Assembly (NCBI GenBank): GCA_964016885.1
Contig: OZ024751.1
Coordinates: 41,354,001-41,418,000 of the forward strand
DNA from: Eledone cirrhosa
Lineage: Eukaryota
DNA: 64,000 nt
Reading direction: 5' to 3'
Shown here: positions 63,241 through 64,000 of the stretch, one piece after another
Numbering within the stretch: position 1 is the stretch's first letter
Layout: each line of letters begins with the position of its first letter
Translations under genes and position numbers: made by a program
Notes under the pieces: generated by a model
Told to the model about the DNA's origin: nothing
Databases searched by the model: none
Seen by the model: only the letters and a program-made list of their open reading frames with translations

Positions 63241-63427
63241 TATGCAGGGTCGGCTGACCTCGATACTCTCATGGAATGACCAAATGAGGTTTATTTTTCA
63301 ACATAGTCACCGGAAAGAAAGAATGCAGTTACTATTTAGAAGGATTAAAATTAATGCATGTAAGATTTCACAGCTCTAGTATCACGCCTTCATAATCAGC
63401 CTATGAATTTTCCAGCCAACCCGCGAG

Positions 63428-63429
<2 letters not shown>
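63241..63429. mobile_element. Mariner-type MITE, reverse orientation
   Basis: Reverse complement of the 42457 body; another TACGAGGGTC terminus starts at 63987 at the window edge. Confidence 0.7.
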
Positions 63430-63458
<29 letters not shown>

Positions 63459-64000
63459 GTGTGTGTGTAACTAAAGTTATCACACACATATATAGATACG
63501 TACAGACACACACACACACATATATATAAATATATATATAGAGAGAGAGGTGGGGGAATGTTGGTGTATTCTAGTATCCAAGTGCGCTCGACTGGAAGTG
63601 GCTGATATTTTTTAGCGTTAATTCAAGCAATATTACATTCACACCTAATACAATATACACAACACTGACAAAATTGAAATTCTTTTGGCGCTAATGCACC
63701 AAACTATTTTGTTACATTGGAATAACCACGTTCTATAAACAATACAATAATTTTTCAAAGAATTCTGTGCGTCTAAAATTTCTTCAAGGAAGAATCTTCT
63801 ATTCCTTTAATTAGGTTTAAATCACGTTCGATACTTCGTCAGTAAAATCGCCATTATTTTTGTTCGTGAAGTAGAGCGGTATGGTGGAATTATGGTTTGT
63901 GAGAGAAAATAATTTGGTGTATTTTCTTCTGAAATATTTTATATTCTGAACTCAAAATTGTCGAGGTACGTTTTGTGTTTCCAGACTACGAGGGTCGTCT

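Overview
AT-rich, microsatellite-dense eukaryotic genomic DNA. The repeat repertoire and intron style suggest an invertebrate, probably a cephalopod such as Octopus; this is inference. Two protein-coding genes are supported. One is a complete 10-exon SPRYD3 orthologue on the minus strand (12837 to 2288, 410 aa, all GT-AG, all phases consistent). The other is a divergently oriented, unrecognised 3-exon gene on the plus strand (23990-30009, about 1410 aa) built on two in-frame coding minisatellites. SPRYD3 intron 4 holds a 5'-truncated RTE-clade LINE with an unbroken ORF and a C4HC3 PHD finger inside its RT region. The rest is tRNA-derived SINEs, MITEs, old LINE and Tc1/mariner fragments, and satellites, several apparently seeded from transposon sequence. 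The most striking signal is a set of small elements embedded in (TA)n tracts, from several unrelated sequence families. Most share one plan (inverted arm, loop, arm, unpaired tail with a GAGYRCT-like motif), and several carry minimal type I hammerhead ribozyme motifs with palindromic helix III loops, resembling Penelope-like pseudo-LTR remnants. Most ORFs in the supplied track are microsatellite artefacts.
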